Shown here: one piece after another, positions 1 to 14,900 of the stretch | How positions within the stretch are numbered: the stretch's first letter is position 1 | How the letters are laid out: every line of letters starts with the position of its first letter | Assembly (NCBI GenBank): GCA_964016885.1 | Contig: OZ024742.1 | Location: forward strand, 373,116,001-373,180,000 | DNA: 64,000 bases | Direction: 5' to 3' | DNA from: Eledone cirrhosa | Lineage: Eukaryota | Program-made: the position numbers and the translations under genes | The notes under the pieces: generated by a model | The model's input: the letters and a program-made list of their open reading frames with translations, nothing else | Databases searched by the model: none | Told to the model about the DNA's origin: nothing

Positions 1-1374
1 ACTGTAAATCTCATTCTCTAAACTGTAAATCTATTTCTATATAAACTGTAAATCTCATGCTATATAAACTGTAAATCTCTTTCTATATAAACTGTAAATC
101 TCATTCTATATAAACTGTAAATCTCTTTCTATATAAACTGTAAATCCCATTCTATAAACTGTAAATCTCTTTCTATATAACCTGTAAATCTATTTCTATA
201 TAAACTGTAAATCTCATGCTATATAAACTGTAAATCTCTTTTTATATAAACTGTAAATCTCATTCTATATGAACTGGAAATCTCTTTCTATAAACTGTAA
301 ATCTCATTCTATGAACTGTAAATCTCTTTCTATATAAACTGTAAATCTCATTCTATATAAACTGTAAATCTCATTCTATAAACTGTAAATCTCCTTCTAT
401 ATAAACTATAAATCTCCTTCTATATAAACTGTAAATCTCTTTCTATATAAACTGTAAATCTCATTCGATAAACTGTAAATCTCTTTTTATATAAACTGTA
501 AATCTCATTCTATATAAACTGGAAATCTCTTTCTATAAACTGTAAATCTCATTCTATATAAACTGTAAATCTCATTCTATAAACTGTAAATCTCATTCTA
601 TATAAACTGTAAATCTCTTTCTATATAAACTGTAAATCCCATTCTATAAACTGTAAATCTCTTTCTATATAACCTGTAAATCTCTTTCTATATAAACTGT
701 AAATCTCATGCTATAAACTGTAAATCTCATTCTATATAAACTGTAAATCTCTTTCTATATAAACTGTAAATCTCATTCTACATAAACTGTAAATCTCTTT
801 CTATATAAACTGTAAATCTCATTCTATATAAACTGTAAATCTCATTCTATATAAACTGTAAATCTCATTCTAAATATACTGTAAATCTCTTTCTAAATAA
901 ACTGTAAATATCATTCTATATAAACTGTAAATCTCATGCTATAAACTGTAAATCTCATTCTATATAAACTGTAAATCTCTTTCTATATAAACTCTGAATC
1001 TGATTCTATATAAACTGTAAATCTCATTCTCTATAAACTGTGAATCTCATTCTATATAAACTGTATATCTCATTCTATATGAACTGTAAATCTCATTCGA
1101 TAAACTGTAAATCTGTTTTTATATAAACTGTAAATCTCATTCTATATAAACTGTAAATCTCTTTCTATATAAACTGTAAATCTCATTCTATATAAACTGT
1201 AAATCTCTTTCTATATAAAATGTAAATCCCATTCTATAAACTGTAAATCAGTTTCTATATAACCTGTAAATCTCTTTCTATATAAACTGTAAATCTCATG
1301 CTATAAACTGTAAATCTCATTCTATATAAACTGTAAATCTCTTTCTATATAAACTGTAAATCTGATTCTATATA

Positions 1375-4300
1375 AACTGTAAATCTCATTCTATATAAAC
1401 TATGAATCTCATTCTATATAAACTGTATATCTCATTCTATATAAACTGTAAATCTCATTCGATAAACTGTAAATCTCTTTTTATATAAACTGTAAATCTC
1501 ATTCTATATGAACTGGAAATCTCTTTCTATAAACTGTAAATCTCATTCTATGAACTGTAAATCTCTTTCTATATAAACTGTAAATCTCATTCTATATAAA
1601 CTGTAAATCTCATTCTATAAACTGTAAATCTCCTTCTATATAAACTATAAATCTCATTCTATATAAACTGTAAATCTCTTTCTATATAAACTGTAAATCT
1701 CATTCTATAAACTGTAAATCTCTTTCTATATAAACTGTAAATTCCATTCTATATAAACTGTAAATCTCATTCTCTAAACTGTAAATCTATTTCTATATAA
1801 ACTGTAAATCTCATGCTATATAAACTGTAAATCTCTTTCTATATAAACTGTAAATCTCATTCTATATAAACTGTAAATCTCTTTCTATATAAACTGTAAA
1901 TCCCATTCTATAAACTGTAAATCTCTTTCTATATAACCTGTAAATCTCTTTCTATATAAACTGTAAATCTCATGCTATGAACTGTAAATCTCATTCTATA
2001 TAAACTGTAAATCTCATTCTATATAAACTGTAAATCTCATTCTATAAACTGTAAATCTCTTTCTATATAAACTGTAAATCTCATTCTATATAAACTGTAA
2101 ATCTCATTCTATATAAACTGTAAATCGCATTCTATATAAACTGTAAATCTCATTCTATAAACTGTAAATCTCATTCTATATGAACTGTAAATCTCATTCT
2201 ATAAATTGTAAAGCTCTTTCTATATAAACTGTAAATCTCATTCTATATAAACTGTAAATCTCATTCTATAAACTGTAAATCTCTTTCTATATAAACTGTA
2301 AATCTCATTCTATATAAACTGTAAATCTCATTCTATATAAACTGTAAATCTCATTCTATATAAACTGTAAATCTCATTCTATAAACTGTAAATCTCATTC
2401 TATATGAACTGTAAATCTCATTCTATAAATTGTAAAGCTCTTTCTATATACACTGTTAATCTCATTCTACATAAACTGTAAATCTCATTCTATATAAACT
2501 GTAAATCTCATTCTATATAAACTGTAAATCTCTTTCTATATAAAATGTAAATCTCATTCTATGTAAACTGTAAATCTCATTCTATAAACTGTAAATCTCT
2601 TTCTATATAAACTGTAAATCTCATTCTATATAAACTGTAAATCTCATTCTATATAAACTGTAAATCTCATTCTATATAAACTGTAAATCTCATTCTATAA
2701 ACTGTAAATCTCATTCTATATGAACTGTAAATCTCATTCTATAAATTGTAAAGCTCTTTCTATATACACTGTTAATCTCATTCTACATAAATTGTAAATC
2801 TCATTCTATATAAACTGTAAATCTCATTCTATAAACTGTAAATCTCTTTCTATATAAACTGTAAATCTCATTCTATATAAACTGTAAATCTCATTCTATA
2901 TAAACTGTAAATCTCATGCTATATAAACTGTAAATCTCATTCTATAAACTGTAAATCTCTTTCTATATACACTGTTAATCTCATTCTATATAAACCGTCA
3001 ATCTCATTCTATATAAACTGTAAATCTAATTCTATATAAACTGTAAACCTCATTCTATATAAACTGTAAATCTCTTTCTATATAAACTGTAAATCTCATT
3101 CTATATAAAATGTAAATCCCATTCTATAAACTGTAAATCTCTTTCTATATAAACTGTAAATCTCATTCTATATAAACTGTAAATCTCATTCTATATAAAC
3201 TGTAAATCTCATGCTATATAAACTGTAAATCTCATTCTATAAACTGTAAATCTCTTTCTATATACACTGTTAATCTCATTCTATATAAACTGTAAACCTC
3301 ATTCTATATAAACTGTAAATCTCTTTCTATATAAACTGTAAATCTCATTCTATATAAAATGTAAATCCCATTCTATAAACTGTAAATCTCTTTCTATATA
3401 ACCTGTAAATCTCTTTCTATATAAACTGTAAATCTCATTCTATAAACTGTAAATCTCATTCTATATAAACTGTAAATCTCTTTCTATATAAACTGTAAAT
3501 CTGATTCTATATAAACTGTAAATCTCATTCTATATAAACTGTGAATCTCATTCTATATAAACTGTATATCTCATTCTATATAAACTGTAAATCTCATTCG
3601 ATAAACTATAAATCTCTTTTTATATAAACTGTAAATCTCATTCTATATAAACTGTAAATCTCATTCTATAAACTGTAAATCTCATTCTATATAAACTATA
3701 AATCTCATTCTATAAACTGTAAATCTCATTCTATATAAACTGTAAATCTCATTCTATAAACTGTAAATCTCTTTCTATATACACTGTTAATCTCATTCTA
3801 TATAAACTGTCAATCTCATTCTATATAAACTGTAAATCTAATTCTATATAAACTGTAAACCTCATTCTATATAAACTGTAAATCTCTTTCTATATAAACT
3901 GTAAATCTCATTCTATATAAAATGTAAATCCCATTCTATAAACTGTAAATCTCTTTCTATATAACCTGTAAATCTCTTTCTATATAAACTGTAAATCTCA
4001 TTCTACATAAACTGTAAATCTCTTTCTATATAAACTGTAAATCTCATTCTACATAAACTGTAAATCTCATTCTATATAAACTGTAAATCTCATTCTATAT
4101 AAACTGTAAATCTCTTTCTAAATAAACTGTAAATCTCATTCTATATAGACTGTGAATCTCATTCTATATAAACTTTAAATCTCACTCAATATAAACTGTA
4201 AATCTCATTCGATAAACTGTAAATCTCTTTTTATATAAACTGTAAATCTCATTCTATATAAACTGGAAATCTCTTTCTATAAACTGTAAATCTCATTCTA

Positions 4301-7300
4301 TATAAACTGTAAATCTCATTCTATAAACTGTAAATCTCATTCTATATGAACTATAAATCTCATTCTATAAACTGTAAATCTGATTCTATATAAACTGTAA
4401 ATCTCATTCTATAAACTGTAAATCTCTTTCTATATACACTGTTAATCTCATTCTATATAAACTGTCAATCTCATTCTATATAAACTGTAAATCTAATTCT
4501 ATATAAACTGTAAACCTCATTCTATATAAACTGTAAATCTCTTTCTATATAAACTGTAAATCTCATTCTATATAAAATGTAAATCCCATTCTATAAACTG
4601 TAAATTTCTTTCTATATAACCTGTAAATCTCTTTCTATATAAACTGTAAATCTCATGCTATAAACTGTAAATCTCATTCTATATAAACTGTAAATCTCTT
4701 TCTATATAAACTGTAAATCTGATTCTATATAAACTGTAAATCTCATTCTATATAAACTGTGAATCTCATTCTATATAAACTGTATATCTCATTCTATATA
4801 AACTGTAAATCTCATTAGATAAACTGTAAATCTCTTTTTATATAAACTGTAAATCTCATTCTGTATAAACTGGAAATCTCTATCTATAAACTGTAAATCT
4901 CATTCTATAAACTGTAAATCTCTTTCTATATAAACTGTAAATCTCATTCTATATAAACTGTAAATCTCATTCTATAAACTGTAAATCTCCTTCTATATAA
5001 ACTGTAAATCTCATTCTATATAAACTGTAAATCTCTTTCTATATAAACTGTAAATCTCATTCTATAAACTGTAAATCTCTTTCTATATAAACTGTAAATC
5101 TCATTCTATATAAACTGTAAATCTCATTCTATAAACTATAAATCTCTTTCTATATAAACTATAAATCTCATTCTACATAAACTGTAAATCTCATTCTATA
5201 AACTGTAAATCTCTTTCTATATACACTGTTAATCTCATTCTATATAAACTGTAAACCTCATTCTATATAAACTGTAAATCTCTTTCTATATAAACTGTAA
5301 ATCTCATTCTATATAAAATGTAAATCCCATTCTATAAACTGTAAATCTCTTTCTATATAACCTGTAAATCTCTTTCTATATAAACTGTAAATCTCATTCT
5401 ATAAACTGTAAATCTCATTCTATATAAACTGTAAATCTCTTTCTATATAAACTGTAAATCTGATTCTATATAAACTGTAAATCTCATTCTATATAAACTG
5501 TGAATCTCATTCTATATAAACTGTATATCTCATTCTATATAAACTGTAAATCTCATTCGATAAACTGTAAATCTCTTTTTATATAAACTGTAAATCTCAT
5601 TCTATATAAACTGTAAATCTCATTCTATAAACTGTAAATCTCATTCTATATAAACTATAAATCTCATTCTATAAACTGTAAATCTCATTCTATATAAACT
5701 GTAAATCTCATTCTATAAACTGTAAATCTCTTTCTATATACACTGTTAATCTCATTCTATATAAACTGTCAATCTCATTCTATATAAACTGTAAATCTAA
5801 TTCTATATAAACTGTAAACCTCATTCTATATAAACTGTAAATCTCTTTCTATATAAACTGTAAATCTCATTCTATATAAAATGTAAATCCCATTCTATAA
5901 ACTGTAAATCTCTTTCTATATAACCTGTAAATCTCTTTCTATATAAACTGTAAATCTCATTCTACATAAACTGTAAATCTCTTTCTATATAAACTGTAAA
6001 TCTCATTCTACATAAACTGTAAATCTCATTCTATATAAACTGTAAATCTCCTTCTATATAAACTGTAAATCTCTTTCTAAATAAACTGTAAATCTCATTC
6101 TATATAGACTGTGAATCTCATTCTATATAAACTGTAAATCTCACTCTATATAAACTGTAAATCTCATTCGATAAACTGTAAATCTCTTTTTATATAAACT
6201 GTAAATCTCATTCTATATAAACTGGAAATCTCTTTCTATAAACTGTAAATCTCATTCTATATAAACTGTAAATCTCATTCTATAAACTGTAAATCTCATT
6301 CTATATAAACTATAAATCTCATTCTATAAACTGTAAATCTGATTCTATATAAACTGTAAATCTCATTCTATAAACTGTAAATCTCTTTCTATATACACTG
6401 TTAATCTCATTCTATATAAACTGTCAATCTCATTCTATATAAACTGTAAATCTAATTCTATATAAACTGTAAACCTCATTCTATATAAACTGTAAATCTC
6501 TTTCTATATAAACTGTAAATCTCATTCTATATAAAATGTAAATCCCATTCTATAAACTGTAAATTTCTTTCTATATAACCTGTAAATCTCTTTCTATATA
6601 AACTGTAAATCTCATGCTATAAACTGTAAATCTCATTCTATATAAACTGTAAATCTCTTTCTATATAAACTGTAAATCTGATTCTATATAAACTGTAAAT
6701 CTCATTCTATATAAACTGTGAATCTCATTCTATATAAACTGTATATCTCATTCTATATAAACTGTAAATCTCATTAGATAAACTGTAAATCTCTTTTTAT
6801 ATAAACTGTAAATCTCATTCTGTATAAACTGGAAATCTCTTTCTATAAACTGTAAATCTCATTCTATAAACTGTAAATCTCTTTCTATATAAACTGTAAA
6901 TCTCATTCTATATAAACTGTAAATCTCATTCTATAAACTGTAAATCTCCTTCTATATAAACTGTAAATCTCATTCTATATAAACTGTAAATCTCTTTCTA
7001 TATAAACTGTAAATCTCATTCTATAAACTGTAAATCTCTTTCTATATAAACTGTAAATCTCATTCTATATAAACTGTAAATCTCATTCTATAAACTATAA
7101 ATCTCTTTCTATATAAACTATAAATCTCATTCTACATAAACTGTAAATCTCATTCTATATTAACTGTAAATCTCATTCTATATAAACTGTAAATCTCTTT
7201 CTAAATAAACTGTAAATCTCATTCTATATAAACTATGAATCTCATTCTATATAAACTGTATATCTCATTCTATATAAACTGTAAATCTCATTCGATAAAC

Positions 7301-10300
7301 TGTAAATCTCTTTTTATATAAACTGTAAATCTCATTCTATATGAACTGGAAATCTCTTTCTATAAACTGTAAATCTCATTCTATGAACTGTAAATCTCTT
7401 TCTATATAAACTGTAAATCTCATTCTATATAAACTGTAAATCTCATTCTATAAACTGTAAATCTCCTTCTATATAAACTATAAATCTCATTCTATATAAA
7501 CTGTAAATCTCTTTCTATATAAACTGTAAATCTCATTCTATAAACTGTAAATCTCTTTCTATATAAACTGTAAATTCCATTCTATATAAACTGTAAATCT
7601 CATTCTCTAAACTGTAAATCTATTTCTATATAAACTGTAAATCTCATGCTATATAAACTGTAAATCTCTTTCTATATAAACTGTAAATCTCATTCTATAT
7701 AAACTGTAAATCTCTTTCTATATAAACTGTAAATCCCATTCTATAAACTGTAAATCTCTTTCTATATAACCTGTAAATCTCTTTCTATATAAACTGTAAA
7801 TCTCATGCTATGAACTGTAAATCTCATTCTATATAAACTGTAAATCTCATTCTATATAAACTGTAAATCTCATTCTATAAACTGTAAATCTCTTTCTATA
7901 TAAACTGTAAATCTCATTCTATATAAACTGTAAATCTCATTCTATATAAACTGTAAATCGCATTCTATATAAACTGTAAATCTCATTCTATAAACTGTAA
8001 ATCTCATTCTATATGAACTGTAAATCTCATTCTATAAATTGTAAAGCTCTTTCTATATAAACTGTAAATCTCATTCTATATAAACTGTAAATCTCATTCT
8101 ATAAACTGTAAATCTCTTTCTATATAAACTGTAAATCTCATTCTATATAAACTGTAAATCTCATTCTATATAAACTGTAAATCTCATTCTATATAAACTG
8201 TAAATCTCATTCTATAAACTGTAAATCTCATTCTATATGAACTGTAAATCTCATTCTATAAATTGTAAAGCTCTTTCTATATACACTGTTAATCTCATTC
8301 TACATAAACTGTAAATCTCATTCTATATAAACTGTAAATCTCATTCTATATAAACTGTAAATCTCTTTCTATATAAAATGTAAATCTCATTCTATGTAAA
8401 CTGTAAATCTCATTCTATAAACTGTAAATCTCTTTCTATATAAACTGTAAATCTCATTCTATATAAACTGTAAATCTCATTCTATATAAACTGTAAATCT
8501 CATTCTATATAAACTGTAAATCTCATTCTATAAACTGTAAATCTCATTCTATATGAACTGTAAATCTCATTCTATAAATTGTAAAGCTCTTTCTATATAC
8601 ACTGTTAATCTCATTCTACATAAATTGTAAATCTCATTCTATATAAACTGTAAATCTCATTCTATAAACTGTAAATCTCTTTCTATATAAACTGTAAATC
8701 TCATTCTATATAAACTGTAAATCTCATTCTATATAAACTGTAAATCTCATGCTATATAAACTGTAAATCTCATTCTATAAACTGTAAATCTCTTTCTATA
8801 TACACTGTTAATCTCATTCTATATAAACTGTCAATTTCATTCTATATAAACTGTAAATCTAATTCTATATAAACTGTAAACCTCATTCTATATAAACTGT
8901 AAATCTCTTTCTATATAAACTGTAAATCTCATTCTATATAAAATGTAAATCCCATTCTATAAACTGTAAATCTCTTTCTATATAAACTGTAAATCTCATT
9001 CTATATAAACTGTAAATCTCATTCTATATAAACTGTAAATCTCATGCTATATAAACTGTAAATCTCATTCTATAAACTGTAAATCTCTTTCTATATACAC
9101 TGTTAATCTCATTCTATATAAACTGTAAACCTCATTCTATATAAACTGTAAATCTCTTTCTATATAAACTGTAAATCTCATTCTATATAAAATGTAAATC
9201 CCATTCTATAAACTGTAAATCTCTTTCTATATAACCTGTAAATCTCTTTCTATATAAACTGTAAATCTCATTCTATAAACTGTAAATCTCATTCTATATA
9301 AACTGTAAATCTCTTTCTATATAAACTGTAAATCTGATTCTATATAAACTGTAAATCTCATTCTATATAAACTGTGAATCTCATTCTATATAAACTGTAT
9401 ATCTCATTCTATATAAACTGTAAATCTCATTCGATAAACTGTAAATCTCTTTTTATATAAACTGTAAATCTCATTCTATATAAACTGTAAATCTCATTCT
9501 ATAAACTGTAAATCTCATTCTATATAAACTATAAATCTCATTCTATAAACTGTAAATCTCATTCTATATAAACTGTAAATCTCATTCTATAAACTGTAAA
9601 TCTCTTTCTATATACACTGTTAATCTCATTCTATATAAACTGTCAATCTCATTCTATATAAACTGTAAATCTAATTCTATATAAACTGTAAACCTCATTC
9701 TATATAAACTGTAAATCTCTTTCTATATAAACTGTAAATCTCATTCTATATAAAATGTAAATCCCATTCTATAAACTGTAAATCTCTTTCTATATAACCT
9801 GTAAATCTCTTTCTATATAAACTGTAAATCTCATTCTACATAAACTGTAAATCTCTTTCTATATAAACTGTAAATCTCATTCTACGTAAACTGTAAATCT
9901 CATTCTATATAAACTGTAAATCTCATTCTATATAAACTGTAAATCTCTTTCTAAATAAACTGTAAATCTCATTCTATATAGACTGTGAATCTCATTCTAT
10001 ATAAACTGTAAATCTCACTCTATATAAACTGTAAATCTCATTCGATAAACTGTAAATCTCTTTTTATATAAACTGTAAATCTCATTCTATATAAACTGGA
10101 AATCTCTTTCTATAAACTGTAAATCTCATTCTATATAAACTGTAAATCTCATTCTATAAACTGTAAATCTCATTCTATATAAACTATAAATCTCATTCTA
10201 TAAACTGTAAATCTGATTCTATATAAACTGTAAATCTCATTCTATAAACTGTAAATCTCTTTCTATATACACTGTTAATCTCATTCTATATAAACTGTCA

Positions 10301-11090
10301 ATCTCATTCTATATAAACTGTAAATCTAATTCTATATAAACTGTAAACCTCATTCTATATAAACTGTAAATCTCTTTCTATATAAACTGTAAATCTCATT
10401 CTATATAAAATGTAAATCCCATTCTATAAACTGTAAATTTCTTTCTATATAACCTGTAAATCTCTTTCTATATAAACTGTAAATCTCATGCTATAAACTG
10501 TAAATCTCATTCTATATAAACTGTAAATCTCTTTCTATATAAACTGTAAATCTGATTCTATATAAACTGTAAATCTCATTCTATATAAACTGTGAATCTC
10601 ATTCTATATAAACTGTATATCTCATTCTATATAAACTGTAAATCTCATTAGATAAACTGTAAATCTCTTTTTATATAAACTGTAAATCTCATTCTGTATA
10701 AACTGGAAATCTCTTTCTATAAACTGTAAATCTCATTCTATAAACTGTAAATCTCTTTCTATATAAACTGTAAATCTCATTCTATATAAACTGTAAATCT
10801 CATTCTATAAACTGTAAATCTCCTTCTATATAAACTGTAAATCTCATTCTATATAAACTGTAAATCTCTTTCTATATAAACTGTAAATCTCATTCTATAA
10901 ACTGTAAATCTCTTTCTATATAAACTGTAAATCTCATTCTATATAAACTGTAAATCTCATTCTATAAACTATAAATCTCTTTCTATATAAACTATAAATC
11001 TCATTCTACATAAACTGTAAATCTCATTCTATATTAACTGTAAATCTCATTCTATATAAACTGTAAATCTCTTTCTAAATAAACTGTAAA
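1375..11090. repeat. Higher-order tandem duplication: about 3874 bp unit, whose first copy is expanded to 5833 bp by an internal 1959 bp duplication
   Basis: Offset 5833: TATGAATC 1401/7234, ATCGCAT 2127/7960, AAAGCTC 2213/8046, AATTTCTT 4605/10438. Offset 3874: CATTAGAT 6777/10651, ATATTAACTG 7161/11035. 5833 = 3874 + 1959. Confidence 0.88.
3220..7150. repeat. 1959 bp tandem duplication nested in the first copy of the 3.9/5.8 kb unit
   Basis: AATTTCTT at 4605/6564 and CATTAGAT at 4818/6777 (both offset 1959), with the same order of variant cassettes in both halves. Confidence 0.87.
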
Positions 11091-11959
11091 TCTTATTCTA
11101 TATGAACTGTGAATCTCATTCTATATAAACTGTAAATCTCACTCTATATAAACTGTAAATCCCATTCGATAAACTGTAAATATCTCTTTATATAAACTGT
11201 AAATCTCATTCTATATAAACTGGAAATCTCTTTCTATAAACTGTAAATCTCATTCTCTAAACTGTAAATCTGTTTCTATATAAACTGTAAATCTCATTCT
11301 ATATAAACTGTAAATCTCATTCTATAAACTGTAAATCTCTTTCTATATAAACTGTAAATCTCATTCTATATAAACTGTAAATCTCTTTCTATATAAACTG
11401 TTAATCTCATTCTATATAAACTGTCAATCTCATTCTATATAAACTGTAAATCTAATTCTATATAAACTGTAAATCTCATTCTATATAAACTGTAAATCTC
11501 TTTCTATATAAACTGTAAATCTCATTCTATATAAAATGTAAATCCCATTCTATAAACTGTAAATCAGTTTCTATATAACCTGTAAATCTCTTTCTATATA
11601 AACTGTAAATCTCATGCTATAAACTGTAAATCTCATTCTATATAAACTGTAAATCTCTTTCTATATAAACTGTAAATCTGATTCTATATAAACTGTAAAT
11701 CTCATTCTATATAAACTATGAATCTCATTCTATATAAACTGTATATCTCATTCTATATAAACTGTAAATCTCATTCTCTAAACTGTAAATCTATTTCTAT
11801 ATAAACTGTAAATCTCATGCTATATAAACTGTAAATCTCTTTCTATATAAACTGTAAATCTCATTCTATATAAACTGTAAATCTCTTTCTATATAAACTG
11901 TAAATCCCATTCTATAAACTGTAAATCTCTTTCTATATAACCTGTAAATCTCTTTCTAT

Positions 11960-14900
11960 ATAAACTGTAAATCTCATGCTATAAACTGTAAATTTCATTC
12001 TATATAAACTGTAAATCTCTTTCTATATAATCTGTAAATCTCATTCTACATAAACTGTAAATCTCTTTCTATATAAACTGTAAATCTCATTCTATATAAA
12101 CTGTAAATCTCATTCTATATAAACTGTAAATCTCATTCTAAATATACTGTAAATCTCTTTCTAAATAAACTGTAAATATCATTCTATATAAACTGTAAAT
12201 CACATGCTATAAACTGTAAATCTCATTCTATATAAACTGTAAATCTCTTTCTATATAAACTCTGAATCTGATTCTATATAAACTGTAAATCTCATTCTCT
12301 ATAAACTGTGAATCTCATTCTATATAAACTGTATATCTCATTCTATATGAACTGTAAATCTCATTCGACAAACTGTAAATCTGTTTTTATATAAACTGTA
12401 AATCTCATTCTATATAAACTGTAAATCTCTTTCTATATAAACTGTAAATCTCATTCTATAAACTGTAAATCTCTTTCTATATAAACTGTAAATCTCATTC
12501 TATATAAACTGTAAATCTCATTCTATAAACTGTAAATCTCTTTCTATATAAACTGTAAATCTCATTCTACATAAACTGTAAATCTCTTTCTATATAAACT
12601 GTAAATCTCATTCTACATAAACTGTAAATCTCATTCTATATAAACTGTAAATCTCATTCTATATAAACTGTAAATCTCTTTCTAAATAAACTGTAAATCT
12701 CATTCTATATAGACTGTGAATCTCATTCTATATAAACTGTAAATCTCACTCTATATAAACTGTAAATCTCATTCGATAAACTGTAAATCTCTTTTTATAT
12801 AAACTGTAAATCTCATTCTATATAAACTGGAAATCTCTTTCTATAAACTGTAAATCTCATTCTATATAAACTGTAAATCTCATTCTATAAACTGTAAATC
12901 TCATTCTATATAAACTGTAAATCTCTTTCTATATAAACTGTAAATCCCATTCTATAAACTGTAAATCTCTTTCTATATAACCTGTAAATCTCTTTCTATA
13001 TAAACTGTAAATCTCATGCTATAAACTGTAAATCTCATTCTATATAAACTGTAAATCTCTTTCTATATAAACTGTAAATCTCATTCTACATAAACTGTAA
13101 ATCTCTTTCTATATAAACTGTAAATCTCATTCTATATAAACTGTAAATCTCATTCTATATAAACTGTAAATCTCATTCTAAATATACTGTAAATCTCTTT
13201 CTAAATAAACTGTAAATATCATTCTATATAAACTGTAAATCTCATGCTATAAACTGTAAATCTCATTCTATATAAACTGTAAATCTCTTTCTATATAAAC
13301 TCTGAATCTGATTCTATATAAACTGTAAATCTCATTCTCTATAAACTGTGAATCTCATTCTATATAAACTGTATATCTCATTCTATATGAACTGTAAATC
13401 TCATTCGATAAACTGTAAATCTGTTTTTATATAAACTGTAAATCTCATTCTATATAAACTGTAAATCTCTTTCTATATAAACTGTAAATCTCATTCTATA
13501 TAAACTGTAAATCTCTTTCTATATAAACTGTAAATCTCATTCTATATAAAATGTAAATCCCATTCTATAAACTGTAAATCAGTTTCTATATAACCTGTAA
13601 ATCTCTTTCTATATAAACTGTAAATCTCATGCTATAAACTGTAAATCTCATTCTATATAAACTGTAAATCTGATTCTATATAAACTATGAATCTCATTCT
13701 ATATAAACTGTATATCTCATTCTATATAAACTGTAAATCTCATTCGATAAACTGTAAATCTCTTTTTATATAAACTGTAAATCTCATTCTATATGAACTG
13801 GAAATCTCTTTCTATAAACTGTAAATCTCATTCTATGAACTGTAAATCTCTTTCTATATAAACTGTAAATCTCATTCTATATAAACTGTAAATCTCATTC
13901 TATAAACTGTAAATCTCCATCTATATAAACTATAAATCTCATTCTATATAAACTGTAAATCTCTTTCTATATAAACTGTAAATCTCATTCTATAAACTGT
14001 AAATCTCTTTCTATATAAACTGTAAATTCCATTCTATATAAACTGTAAATCTCATTCTCTAAACTGTAAATCTATTTCTATATAAACTGTAAATCTCATG
14101 CTATATAAACTGTAAATCTCTTTCTATATAAACTGTAAATCTCATTCTATATAAACTGTAAATCTCTTTCTATATAAGCTGTAAATCCCATTCTATAAAC
14201 TGTAAATCTCTTTCTATATAACCTGTAAATCTCTTTCTATATAAACTGTAAATCTCATGCTATGAACTGTAAATCTCATTCTATATAAACTGTAAATCTC
14301 TTTCTATATAAACTGTAAATCTCATTCTACATAAACTGTAAATCTCTTTCTATATAAACTGTAAATCTCATTCTATATAAACTGTAAATCTCATTCTATA
14401 TAAACTGTAAATCTCATTCTAAATATACTGTAAATCTCTTTCTAAATAAACTATAAATATCATTCTATATAAACTGTAAATCTCATGCTATAAACTGTAA
14501 ATCTCATTCTATATAAACTGTAAATCTCTTTCTATATAAACTCTGAATCTGATTCTATATAAACTGTAAATCTCATTCTCTATAAACTGTGAATCTCATT
14601 CTATATAAACTGTATATCTCATTCTATATGAACTGTAAATCTCATTCGATAAACTGTAAATCTGTTTTTATATAAACTGTAAATCTCATTCTATATAAAC
14701 TGTAAATCTCTTTCTATATAAACTGTAAATCTCATGCTATAAACTGTAAATTTCATTCTATATAAACTGTAAATCTCTTTCTATATAAACTGTAAATCTC
14801 ATTCTACATAAACTGTAAATCTCTTTCTATATAAACTGTAAATCTCATTCTATATAAACTGTAAATCTCATTCTATATAAACTGTAAATCTCATTCTAAA

